Source: Flectonema sp. DT1601 (Eukaryota). From it: a stretch of DNA of 64,000 nt. The notes beneath the pieces were generated by a model. That model was not told where the DNA came from. It was given only the letters and a program-made list of their open reading frames with translations, and did no database searches. The stretch's first letter is position 1. Each line of letters starts with the position of its first letter. The position numbers and the translations under genes were made by a program. The DNA lies in NCBI GenBank assembly GCA_964019425.1, contig OZ025782.1, positions 620,001-684,000 on the forward strand, read 5' to 3'. Below, one piece after another: positions 1 to 10,251 of the stretch.

Positions 1-2
1 TC

Positions 3-187
3 TGCCTTACTCTGAGACACTTCGAGGAGTTGTTTGCGACTCGTCACAGTCGAAGTAAACTGCTACCATTGCTTGTTGGTTTCCCAACTCAGAAGGTAGT
101 TTTTTCAACGTATGTTTGATGCTTGATTTATTGCCTGTTTTCCCTTTTTATTTTCAAAAAAACATAAAAACCCTTTCGATTAGATAA
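3..187 (+). CDS. Possible 3' end of an upstream gene (exon <3-109, intron 110-183, 4-nt terminal exon)
   Basis: Open frame 3-109 (CLTLRHFEELFATRHSRSKLLPLL...) followed by GTATG...TTCGATTAG with the same U-rich/A-rich layout as the other introns; product not identifiable. Confidence 0.3.
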
Positions 188-465
188 TTCTAACTTGCCT
201 GTTGGCGAGTCCCATTGACTGATGTACGCTACTAGCGTACAGACATAACACCCCAACTCTCCCCACGTAACTTACTTTCTAGAGGAGATACTGATAACGA
301 CTTGCCTTTGTTACGTTGGTTTTATATTGTTGTGTGTGTTTACTTTTTTATTTCATCATGGCACATCAATTATAATTATGAATCGCGTTGGATATCTGAC
401 TTTCTGTTAGAAGTTATCATCAGTTGATCACATTAATATTTTATTATTCAGACTACACATATTTA

Positions 466-2478
466 ATGAGGTACGACTTTACTCGTTTATGCCTGAAGGC
501 TTCGGCCCAACAGATCTCGTGTGAAATGGCTGAGATAGAAAAGACTTACAGAGGAGCAGTGCGAAACATAACTGGAGGAAGTTTTCAAAGATCGTTTGAA
601 GAACTGAGTAAGGCTGATGGTGAAGCAGCATTTCGATCGATTCAGTGCGTCTTACCATCTCTTGTTTCTGGTGATGCTGATGCCAGAAAAGCATCAGTTG
701 ATGCAAAAATGAAATTAACAAAAATGTGGAGTGACACATACACATGTCCACGATTGTATAATCTGATACTAAATTCAAAAGACTCATGGAGTAGCCCGGA
801 AGAACAGCAATTGGTAACCAGGACATTACAAGAGTTTAGAAAGAACGGAATGGAAATCTCAAATATAACTGACAGAGCAGAATGCAACAAACTCCAAAAT
901 AGAATAAGTGACATCGAATTACAATGTGAGCAGGCTATTAATGAAAATGTTTCAAACGTCTTATTCTCAAAAGATGAACTCAAAGGAGTGCCAGAAGACG
1001 TCGTTTCCTCTCTCCCAATCGATGAAAAAAGTGGAAAACTATTAGCTTCAACAAAGGCTCCAGTTCGAGTCCCTATCATGCAGAATGCATCCATTAGAGA
1101 AACCCGAAAAAAAATGTATTCAGTCGCATCTGAGATATGCAGCACTACTAATGGACCTTTAATTAATGAACTGGTATTTAAAAGATCAAAAGCTGCAAAG
1201 CTTGCTGGATACAAAAGCCATGCTGATAAAGTGCTATCAGCAAAGACTGCTGGTAGTTTTACAATTGCCATGACCTTTTGCACCGATATAATCAAACAAC
1301 TAAAAACAAAACAAGAAGAGGAACTGGCTGAATTATCTGAAGCAGCTGGACATCCGATTGAGACATGGGATATCACTTACTATACTGAAAAGCTGAAATC
1401 TAAGAAGCGAGGATTCGATTCTACTTCTTTGAAATTTCATTTTCCTTTAAAAAAAACATTGAAAAAAGTTCTTTCAGTTTACAACGAATTACTTGATATT
1501 TCTGTTGAAGAAGACAACACGTTACCAAAGTGGGCTGATGACGTGATGACCTTCAAATTGTTTACTAAAAATAAAAATGGATCAAAAAGATTAAAAGGTT
1601 ACTTTTATCTTGACCTGTTCCCAAGAGATGGTAAATACGGTCATCAAATGATACTTCCACTCTCACCTTGTTTTGATCAGTGTTTACCTGCTTGTTGTTT
1701 TGTAGGAAATTTACCAAAACCGTCATCAGGTGCGCCAGATTCTTACTTATTGCTTGATGAGGTTAGGACGTTATTTCATGAATTAGGTCATGTTATGCAT
1801 TGTCTACTAACAAATACAAAACACTCGATCTTATCTTGGAGCTGGGATATGGTCCCTTGGCCAGGTGGTGTTGAACAAGACTTTCTTGAAGTTCCGAGTA
1901 CAATGTTCGAAAAATGGATGCTATGCCCTGAAGTAGTTGAGAGAGTGTCATCACCAAATCCAACCACATCAGAACCTATCTCTCTTGAGAAGGTTAAACT
2001 TCTTAATGAACGTCGTAATGATTATGAAGTTGTTTCACACCTCGCACGTTATTACGCAATGTCTGTCGTTGACTTACGTCTTCATGCTGATGATATCACT
2101 GAATCGATTGATTCTCAGAAAGTATTTATTGATACTGTTCAACAATACACTGGACTGCAATTACCACCAACGAGTAATCCACCAGCTAGTTGGTATCACA
2201 TCCTACGTGGTTATGATGCGGGTTACTATGGTTATGGTTGGGCAGATGCTTACGCACAAGATTTGTTTGTGAAATTTAAAGAATCGGGTGTTCTCAATGC
2301 AGAGACTGGTGCTAAACTTCGCTCGTGTATCTTAGAGCCTGGAGCTACTGAGACAGCTCCGAAAATGCTTAAATCATTCTTAGGTAGACCCGCTAACTCT
2401 AAAGCTTACCTCATTGAGATTGGAGCCTGTGAACCTGATTCGGATGATCAACAAATTAAGCGTCCGAAGAATGACTAG
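466..2478 (+). CDS. Peptidase family M3 (thimet oligopeptidase/neurolysin-like)
   Basis: YLDLFPRDGKY, TLFHELGHVMH zinc motif, DFLEVPS, GYDAGYYGYGWA, GAKLRSCILEPG, FLGR; first ATG at 466 follows a U-rich AG at 451. Confidence 0.93.
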   Translation: MRYDFTRLCLKASAQQISCEMAEIEKTYRGAVRNITGGSFQRSFEELSKADGEAAFRSIQCVLPSLVSGDADARKASVDAKMKLTKMWSDTYTCPRLYNLILNSKDSWSSPEEQQLVTRTLQEFRKNGMEISNITDRAECNKLQNRISDIELQCEQAINENVSNVLFSKDELKGVPEDVVSSLPIDEKSGKLLASTKAPVRVPIMQNASIRETRKKMYSVASEICSTTNGPLINELVFKRSKAAKLAGYKSHADKVLSAKTAGSFTIAMTFCTDIIKQLKTKQEEELAELSEAAGHPIETWDITYYTEKLKSKKRGFDSTSLKFHFPLKKTLKKVLSVYNELLDISVEEDNTLPKWADDVMTFKLFTKNKNGSKRLKGYFYLDLFPRDGKYGHQMILPLSPCFDQCLPACCFVGNLPKPSSGAPDSYLLLDEVRTLFHELGHVMHCLLTNTKHSILSWSWDMVPWPGGVEQDFLEVPSTMFEKWMLCPEVVERVSSPNPTTSEPISLEKVKLLNERRNDYEVVSHLARYYAMSVVDLRLHADDITESIDSQKVFIDTVQQYTGLQLPPTSNPPASWYHILRGYDAGYYGYGWADAYAQDLFVKFKESGVLNAETGAKLRSCILEPGATETAPKMLKSFLGRPANSKAYLIEIGACEPDSDDQQIKRPKND

Positions 2479-3087
2479 TTCGGTTGTTCTTTTTTTTTAC
2501 CCCCTCTCCCCGTGTGAATTATGTGGATGTTCTGCTCGCCCCTTTTTTGGAGCCGGCAATAACCAGAAGACAATTTTTCTTTTCCCCCTTTTTATTTTCC
2601 AATCCCGTCGCCCTGGGTTTTATAGTGGCGCTCAACTATGTTCACGCGGCCTCCTGTGGCATTTTTTTTTATTTAGTTCAGTCATTTACTACGCTGACTC
2701 TGACGGTCAAGATTGTCGGATAAATTGTTGTTTCTTTGAGCTTAAAAGTACTTATTGACATCGTCGGGAACACCGTTTCTTACTGATGTCTTCTAAAGTT
2801 CGACGCTAATTCTCTTGTGACATAATTCCATTTCCTCTTTTCGTTTAAAGACGGGAAAAACAACAACAACGAACGCACGATTAAGAAAAAAAAAAAAAAA
2901 AAAAAAAAAGGAAGACAGTAACAAATACAAAAAAAAAGAAGTTTTAACACGAGCTCTAATTAAGCTTTCGGGAATTCCCCTCTCGATGAAAATCCCAAAA
3001 AAAAAAGAAGTGTAAAAAATAATTACAGTCAATAAAAAACCGATTCATCAAACTTACATAGTATAATTACGCAGGTTAAAAGTCAAC

Positions 3088-5059
3088 ATGGGGAAAGTAC
3101 CTCGTGGTGCCACGTTCACGATGGTGAAGCCTGATAAAAGGCTGAAAACTGAAGAAACAGAAGCTCCAGCACGTAAAGGAGTTGTCATGTATCTTGGAGG
3201 GAAGAAAGCGACGATGTTGGGAGCTAAAGTTCCAGAAAGTAAACCAGTTGTGAAACCTGAAGAACGAGACTTAGCTGGCAGTAAAGGTTTCAATTTAAAA
3301 AGATACAAACATTTCAAGTATTCTGAAATAATGGAACTCGACGGTGAGATCAGACGAGGAACTCGAGACGAAAACAAACGAAGAGAAAAAAGTGTTTCAC
3401 TTCTTCAAACAGCAATCCAAGAAGCATCTTATCGTTGTGACCCTGGCCCCTTAAACAGAGCAATCGCTGAGTATGGAGCAGATAAACAATTGCAATACGC
3501 AATGAAAGCATTATCTGTATTAGAATCTATAACCAAACCGAGTGTGTATACTTTATCAGGAATAGTTAACGCTTGTGTTCGATGTGGTGATTTGTCATCA
3601 GCTATTTCATTTGTTGAAGACTCTGAGTTGAAATGGTCGATAACACCAAACGAAGTAGTTCTAACAGCTCTCATGAAAGGTCTTTGTGGTTCTGGTTATC
3701 AACAAGTTGCGTATGATTTACTCACTCAAATGTATAAAAAATATCAAAGTCATCCCAACGACCGTATGGCTTCTACCCTACTACGAGGTTGTATGCGAAA
3801 CACTGACGGTCCTGGAACACGAAAACTAATAAAAGCATTGAAAGACCTCAATATTGACGTCAAGTCAAACCAATGGGCTCTTGAATACACGGTCAAGGCT
3901 TTATCAAGTTCAGGACTTATTAATGAGGCGGCTAAATATCTTATTACAGGTATGTCATTGTTATAAGAACCTAAAAGGGAAAAAAACAAAACCAAAACAA
4001 AAACAATCAATCACAGGAACTGTTAACCAAGCTGGATGTGTTAGTCTCGCAACAGCATGTGTTCTAGCCGAGAATCATGAATTAGCGAGAGCCGCATTGG
4101 AGGCTGCTAAAAACCATGTGACCACTGCAGAAAGTGTCGGATTTGTATCAGACATGGGAAAGAGACAACAGAGTGCTATGATGTTTAATAAACTTAGAGA
4201 TCAAGAAATTGAAAATGAGATATCAAGACTTGAGAATGTCTTGATGGGAGTAGTAAAACTATCTCCTCTACCAAAAGACTTTAAGTCATATAAATGTGAT
4301 CCGATGATCGTTACTATTGACCCTCCGGCATTGGGTTCTGATGATGTCAGTGAGAAGAAATTAACTGACGTGAAAAAATATTTCAAAGATCCAAAACTTC
4401 CTCTAAAAGTAGAAGTCTGTATGGGTCATGGTGAATGGGTTGTTGGCAGAGCAACGTCTGAAAAGAATGAAGCGAACTGGATTGGAATTGAAATCAGACC
4501 TGATCGTGTTCATCAAGCCTGGTCAAAACGTAAGCTAAAAGGATCTGACGAAGAACCAACAAACCTCCTCCTTGTTTGCGCCGATGCGAGAGAAGCTGTA
4601 TCTCAGTTGAGCGGAGTTAGTGAACTTTTTATTAATTATCCTGAACCTCCTGGATGGATGAATTCTAAGTCTAATCTTTTAGACACCGCGTTCTTTGAAT
4701 CTGTTTACACCTGCTTAACAATTGGAGGATCTGTCACTATGATGAGTGACCATGCTTTATACTCTGCTCATACCTCTCACAGACTAACAGCTTTAAGTAG
4801 AAAAGGTTTATTCTATTCTACACTTCCTCCTTGTAATGGTCTTCCTCTTAGCACTGACGTTCCATCTAATTATGGAAGTTCATATTTTGATAGAATGTGG
4901 ACAAATGGAAAGCGATCAAAGAGATATTTTATTCAATTTGTTAAGCCGACTGAATTCGTTGGCAAGAACCTCACTTGGCTTGATGCGGGTAACGATGATG
5001 TCCCTGTGGATACTGAAGGTGTACTTGTTAGAAAGAATACTATTTACATTGATAATTAA
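3088..5059 (+). CDS. PPR-repeat protein fused to a TrmB-type tRNA (guanine-N7) methyltransferase (PPR-TGM), exons 3088-3949 and 4017-5059, ~634 aa
   Basis: PPR motifs (PSVYTLSGIVNACVRCGD, PNEVVLTALMKGLC, PNDRMASTLLRGC); TrmB motifs (VEVCMGHGEW, NWIGIEIR, INYPEPP, MSDH); intron 3950-4016 joins the two ORFs in frame. Confidence 0.85.
3950..4016 (+). other. Spliceosomal intron (67 nt)
   Basis: GTATG...CAATCAATCACAG, phase 1, restores ITG-TVNQ. Confidence 0.85.
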
Positions 5060-5228
5060 AAAAAAAAAAAAAAAAAAAGAAATCAAAAAAAAAAAAAAAA
5101 GGAATCATCAAATCAATAAGTTCCGTTACGTTCAACTGACAGAAAGTCACTTTACCATAACCTGGTACTCACCATCAGTTATTATTATTACTAGTAGAAT
5201 AGTTATATTATCTCAAAGACAAAAGGAT

Positions 5229-5927
5229 ATGACATGCCTGCTCGCAGCGACACAGAAGCGACACACGCAGGCTGTCTCTGTACTTTTAAAGTGGGGAGCA
5301 GATACAGAAATTGAAGATACGTTCGGTAGAACACCAATCATATTAGCAGCAAAAGATGGTAACGTTGACATGATTGAAGAATTAATAAAAGCGGGTGCGC
5401 ATTTAAATTATAGAGACGCTTGTAGAGGTGTCACAGCTGTTGGATGGGCTTCGGAGTATGATCATCCGAAAGTCGTAGAACAACTCTGTGTTGCTGGAGC
5501 TGATTTAGATAGCTTTTGTAAAGTTGGTAAATCAGCTATTCATTACGCAGCAATGTGTAGCACTGATTGTATGAAAATTCTTCGTCAACATGCTGCTGAC
5601 ATTGAGCACAGAGATGGTAATAACGCAACCCCTCTACTGACGGCAGCAATTTACTCTCAAGTCTCTTCAATCAGACTGCTGCTTGAATGGGGTGCTATAA
5701 TCGAATCAAATGACGACTACGGCAGAACAGCCTTAACCTGTAATACGAATCCATTAACTGTTTCCTTACTATTGAATTGGGGTGCAAATCCAAATTCCAT
5801 ACCGAATGATGGAAAAACAATTCTCACCAGAGCAGAGGAAATGCAAAACAATGAAACAATAAAAATACTCAAAGACTGGTACGAGTCAAAGAGTAACGAC
5901 TCTACTGATGGAGTTGAAGAGGAATGA
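5229..5927 (+). CDS. Ankyrin-repeat protein
   Basis: GRTPIILAAKDGN, GVTAVGWAS, GKSAIHYAA, NATPLLTAA, GRTAL, GKTIL repeats; the ORF upstream of ATG 5229 runs through poly-A and is not credible, so the start is uncertain. Confidence 0.85.
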   Translation: MTCLLAATQKRHTQAVSVLLKWGADTEIEDTFGRTPIILAAKDGNVDMIEELIKAGAHLNYRDACRGVTAVGWASEYDHPKVVEQLCVAGADLDSFCKVGKSAIHYAAMCSTDCMKILRQHAADIEHRDGNNATPLLTAAIYSQVSSIRLLLEWGAIIESNDDYGRTALTCNTNPLTVSLLLNWGANPNSIPNDGKTILTRAEEMQNNETIKILKDWYESKSNDSTDGVEEE

Positions 5928-6064
5928 TCTTATTTTGTACCCTTTTTGGAGATACCTGTCTCTAACCTAACTCAGTTGATAGGAAACAATAGATTTAACA
6001 CAGAGAGTGCATTCCAATTATATATATTTCTTAACCCACATTATCACTCAGGTAACTATTCAGA

Positions 6065-7243
6065 ATGTTAAGACGATGTGCAGCGTTACTACAGTCAGTT
6101 CAGAACAGAGCTACTCCTCTTGGTGGGTTACTGAGAGAGAAGATCGATAGGAGTGGAGGTCACATCTCATTCACAGAGTTCATGGATGAGGCTATGAGGA
6201 ATAAAGATCACGGTTACTTCACAACCAAAGATGGGATTATAGGCGGAACAAAAGGTGCTGATTTCGTTACAGCGCCTGAGCTTCTACCGGAGTTCGGCTG
6301 GTGCATAGCACGCTGGGTACAACAGGCTGTAGCCTGCACCCTTCACAACGATGATCCTTTCGTTTTGATGGAACTCGGACCTGGAACTGGTCGCCTTATG
6401 GCCCAACTACTAATGTTCATGAAATTTGAAATCGGTGAGGAATACCTAAAAAGAATCCATTTACAAATGGTCGAAGTGTCGCCTGTGATGATAGAATTAC
6501 AAAAAAAGAATATTGCCTCGGTCGGCGTCGAACTGGGGTCTATAGAATGGTGCACGGACATATCTCATGCGCTGGAGCAAAAGCAAGAACCGACTTACGT
6601 AATTTCGAACGAGTATTTTGATGTTCTTCCTGTTGCTGTAGTGACGAAGAAAGAAGGAGAATGGAAAGAGAAGATGGTTTCTTATAATGAAAGTGATCCT
6701 GACACGTTTGAATGGTGCATCGGACCAAATGCAAGCACCGATATATTAAAGTATTTACCTGACGACAGACTCTCATCTCAAGAAGGAGAACAGTTTGAAA
6801 TATGTCCACAAGCAGTTGATGATTGCCTAAAGGTTTCAAATCACATTGACCAACAAGGAGGAATGATGTTAGCTATTGATTATGGTAAGGATATTCCTTC
6901 ACAAAATACTTTACAAGGGATGTCTGGTCAGATAACATGCTCTCCGTTACTGAGTCCTGGATGTGTTGATATCTCTTGGCACGTTGATTTTGGTTGTCTT
7001 CGTCACCACATTGAAAAAAATAATTCAAACTTAAAGCTATGCAATACAATACCACAGTCTGATTTCTTATCTCAACTTGGTTTCAATGAAATGTACACCA
7101 ATCGAGTTGAGTCTGGAAATCTACCAACACATCATGAAAGGAGATATGAATTACTGATGGACAGTAACCAGATGGGAGGTCATCATCGAGCTGTTGTTCT
7201 TGGTAATAAGAAGTATGATCTTCCACCTGGTGGGTTGGAATAA
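6065..7243 (+). CDS. NDUFAF7: Mitochondrial protein arginine methyltransferase NDUFAF7/MidA (complex I assembly)
   Basis: ISFTEFM, GYF, DFVTAPEL, ELGPGTGRLM, VEVSP, SNEYFDVLP, IDYG, DISWHVDF, QSDFL, QMG; MLRR-type presequence. Confidence 0.9.
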   Translation: MLRRCAALLQSVQNRATPLGGLLREKIDRSGGHISFTEFMDEAMRNKDHGYFTTKDGIIGGTKGADFVTAPELLPEFGWCIARWVQQAVACTLHNDDPFVLMELGPGTGRLMAQLLMFMKFEIGEEYLKRIHLQMVEVSPVMIELQKKNIASVGVELGSIEWCTDISHALEQKQEPTYVISNEYFDVLPVAVVTKKEGEWKEKMVSYNESDPDTFEWCIGPNASTDILKYLPDDRLSSQEGEQFEICPQAVDDCLKVSNHIDQQGGMMLAIDYGKDIPSQNTLQGMSGQITCSPLLSPGCVDISWHVDFGCLRHHIEKNNSNLKLCNTIPQSDFLSQLGFNEMYTNRVESGNLPTHHERRYELLMDSNQMGGHHRAVVLGNKKYDLPPGGLE

Positions 7244-7333
7244 ATTAACTTTCTATTTCTTGGTTCTGTTTTTTTTTATATTTTTACGAAAATCAAATAT
7301 TCATCATCTCTATTCTCACAGATACATATTGAG

Positions 7334-7792
7334 ATGTACAGCGATTACAGAGATTCCCGCCCACAACAACAAACTGATCAGCAGTCTCTCTTAACAAATC
7401 AAGTAAAGAGATATGACACGAGTACTCTTGACACCGAGGAGGCATTAGCAATTGAGAAAAAGAGAGAAATTCAAGAAATAGAAACAGGTATAACCGATTT
7501 AGCTGAAACTCAAAGAATTATGGCAGATCTGGTACAGGAAGCTAAACCAAAACTTGATGAAGCGGGTGCTTTTGTTGATAGTGCCGGAGTGAAAGTAAAA
7601 GAAGGAAACTATCAGTTGAAACAAGCAAGTAAAAACCAACGTGCTTCTAGAAAATGGATGTGCTGTATTGTTGTTTTGCTACTTGTCATTGGTATGTTGT
7701 TGCTTTATCACATCTGAGAGCCAAAAAAAAAAAAAAAAAAAAAAACAAAAACAGTTGGAGTGGTCGTTATTGTTGTTAGTGTAGCGAAGTAG
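7334..7792 (+). CDS. Short syntaxin-like t-SNARE, exons 7334-7691 and 7755-7792, ~131 aa
   Basis: SNARE coiled coil EIQEIETGITDLAE...KVKEGNYQLKQA, then RKWMCC and a C-terminal TM completed by exon 2 (VGVVVIVVSVAK*). Confidence 0.8.
7692..7754 (+). other. Spliceosomal intron (63 nt)
   Basis: GTATG...poly-A...CAAAAACAG; restores the TM helix. Confidence 0.75.
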
Positions 7793-8978
7793 ATTTATTT
7801 ACTAAAAAGAAATTGGTGACAGTCTTTTGGGGAAGGCGAATCTTGTTGAAAAAATGCCCGTGAGGAATGCCTTGTTTTTTATGTTCTAGGCCATAAAAAA
7901 AAAAAAAAAGCTCGCAGAAGTTAACATCATGGTACAATAAGCGCGCGACATTTATATTTATGCCTATTTGTTTATTTATTTATTTTTTTATTGATTTGAT
8001 TCTTCTTTCTTTTTATTATTATTATTATATTATTTTTTATGCAATATGAGGAAGTAGAAGACAAAAAGAAAGAAAAAAAATAACGAAAAAAAAAGAAAAT
8101 AATAAGTAAGGTTGTGTAGAACTCAACCTACGAGTGCTTTGTTGGTGCTAATTTTGTACCTTTGAAAAATAAAGATGGTCAGTAGAACGTGTAATTCAAT
8201 CGCCTCACTAAATCTATCTGAGTATGTTAGGGTGTAACAGAAATAAAGAAATAAGGGATGACTGAGAATGGAATTTAAAAAAAAAAAAGATGGGAATTTT
8301 TTTTTTTTTTTTTTCCAGAGTTGTTTTGTTTCTTTGAGACCTGTTTTTTTTCTTCTTTTCTTTTCTAAATTCATCTCCCTCCCTGCTTCCTCAAGCGATG
8401 GTTCGACTCAATTTCTGATCAATTACTGCGAGCAACCCAATGATTGCTGATTAGTCGGATGTTTGATGAATTTTTTTTAACTTAGCTATGTTGATCTAAC
8501 CCCTCGGCATGCTTTTTTTTTCCCGTAGCCGCAAATTCTGGTTACTAGACAGCTGTACGATTGTACAGAATGCTTCAAGGCTCATTACGTGTTTATGTTG
8601 CGTGTTCACAATCCCAAATTAAAAGCCACATGTAGGAAAAGAAATTTATAATAATAGTTGGCTTTTAAACAGGTGTAATGGTGGAATTTTTTTTTCTTCT
8701 TCTCCCCAATTGATTCCCCCTCCACCCACTTTTTTTTTTTTTTTTTTTTTCGTTTTTATTACTACTTCGTATTCTGCTCTGAAAGGTTTTGAATTCACTT
8801 ACCACAGATCAATAATGACCGCCCCCCTTTTTTTTTCCACTCTCTCAGATAACAATACAGATAGTAGTTAGCTGAGGACCTCGACGGACCTCTCATAATA
8901 TATCGACGTGTATACGTTTTTTTTTTTCCAGCACTAAAAAAGAAAAAACAAAAAAAAAGAAAAAGGTCTCTGAACAAG

Positions 8979-9689
8979 ATGGCCACATCTTCTAAGAATG
9001 TTCAAGCGTGTAAATTTACGTGGAAAGAGTACAGTGATGCTTATGAAACTGATGGTACAAAGAAGAAGTTAATATTTAAATATGTTCAGCAGCCTAGCAC
9101 AGGACCGAAACCAGGTACGATGTATCACACGTGTTTAGGAGGTCAGGCGTTTGCACCTGATACTGGAAGATTTTATTGGGAATTTGCGACATGTGTTGAT
9201 AATCTGAAAGTTGGTGTTGCACTTCCCGACTGTCCTAACGATGTCGAAATGGGATACAATGCGAAGTCATGGGCGGTTTACATCCAAACTGGTGAGTGTG
9301 AACATGGCCGAGTTGAGCGACTTGAACCTGAAGGAGTTCAACGTCGTTTATGGAGACTTGTCGTTCCTATCTCTGGAGGTCGTTTTGGATGTCTTCTTGA
9401 TACAAAGTCAGGAACACTTCAATTATTCTTTAATGGAGAGTATCAAGGAATGGCTTTTGATGAAGCTTCTGGTATGTCTACAAAACTCTACTAATGCTAT
9501 CATCATCATCAGAATGTATTATAAAACACACAAACAGGTATAAAAGGAAAGACTGTTCATGCTGCCGTAGGTCTGGCAGGAATAGAAGATAACAATCGCG
9601 CCATAGGATTCGGTAACAAGTATTGTCAGATTATAGACAATGCTTCTGTACCTAAAATTAGCAGCGTTGAGAAGAAAGTAATTTGTTAG
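8979..9689 (+). CDS. SPRY/B30.2-domain protein, exons 8979-9471 and 9538-9689, ~214 aa
   Basis: TGRFYWEF, LKVGVA, MGYNAKSWA, RFGCLLDTKSGTLQLFFNGEYQGMAF; exon 2 supplies IKGKTVHAAVGL. Confidence 0.8.
9472..9537 (+). other. Spliceosomal intron (66 nt)
   Basis: GTATG...AAAACACACAAACAG, phase 1. Confidence 0.8.
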
Positions 9690-10251
9690 TTGCCATGTCG
9701 ACTTTTTATTAAAGTTGACCAAGCTATTTTCAAAGGTTCAGGTTTTGTGCTATAGGAAAAAAAAAAACCTCAAATTACTATGCACGTTATGTTATAGTGC
9801 TTCAAAGATTTTTTTTTTTTTTTTTTTTTTTAGTATTACAAGATTGTAGGTAACTCCTTTTTAGGCTCGTTTTCTTATCCTTGTAGTCACACTCCCGTTA
9901 ACTGATTGTTTGAAAGTACTCACCCCAATAACAAGGGCAACCAGGTTTTGGCTTAACCCTAATTGATATTAGTCAGTTTTTCAGCATGCTATATACTTAA
10001 TTATAGTATCGAGTTGAACCCCCTAATAAGTTTCGAAAAAAAAAACTGCACTAAAAAAATTATGAACTAGTTCTCTATTGATAACGCCTGGAAAAAAAAA
10101 AAAAAAAAAAAAACTTTCAGAGCCCAGTCTCCTGCTTGACGTCTAGTTGTGGTCTTCTGCTACGCGTCATGGAGTAACAGCCATGAATTGTTGTTATTTA
10201 TTTACATGAAATGAAAAGTTTCTATACATTTTCACAGTTAAAATAACACAA

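Noticed and set aside
642..1376. 244-aa minus-strand ORF
   Set aside because: Lies wholly antisense to the M3 peptidase and has no recognisable motifs
4836..5228. N-terminal extension of the ankyrin ORF overlapping the TrmB gene
   Set aside because: Reads through the previous CDS in another frame and through poly-A (poly-Lys)
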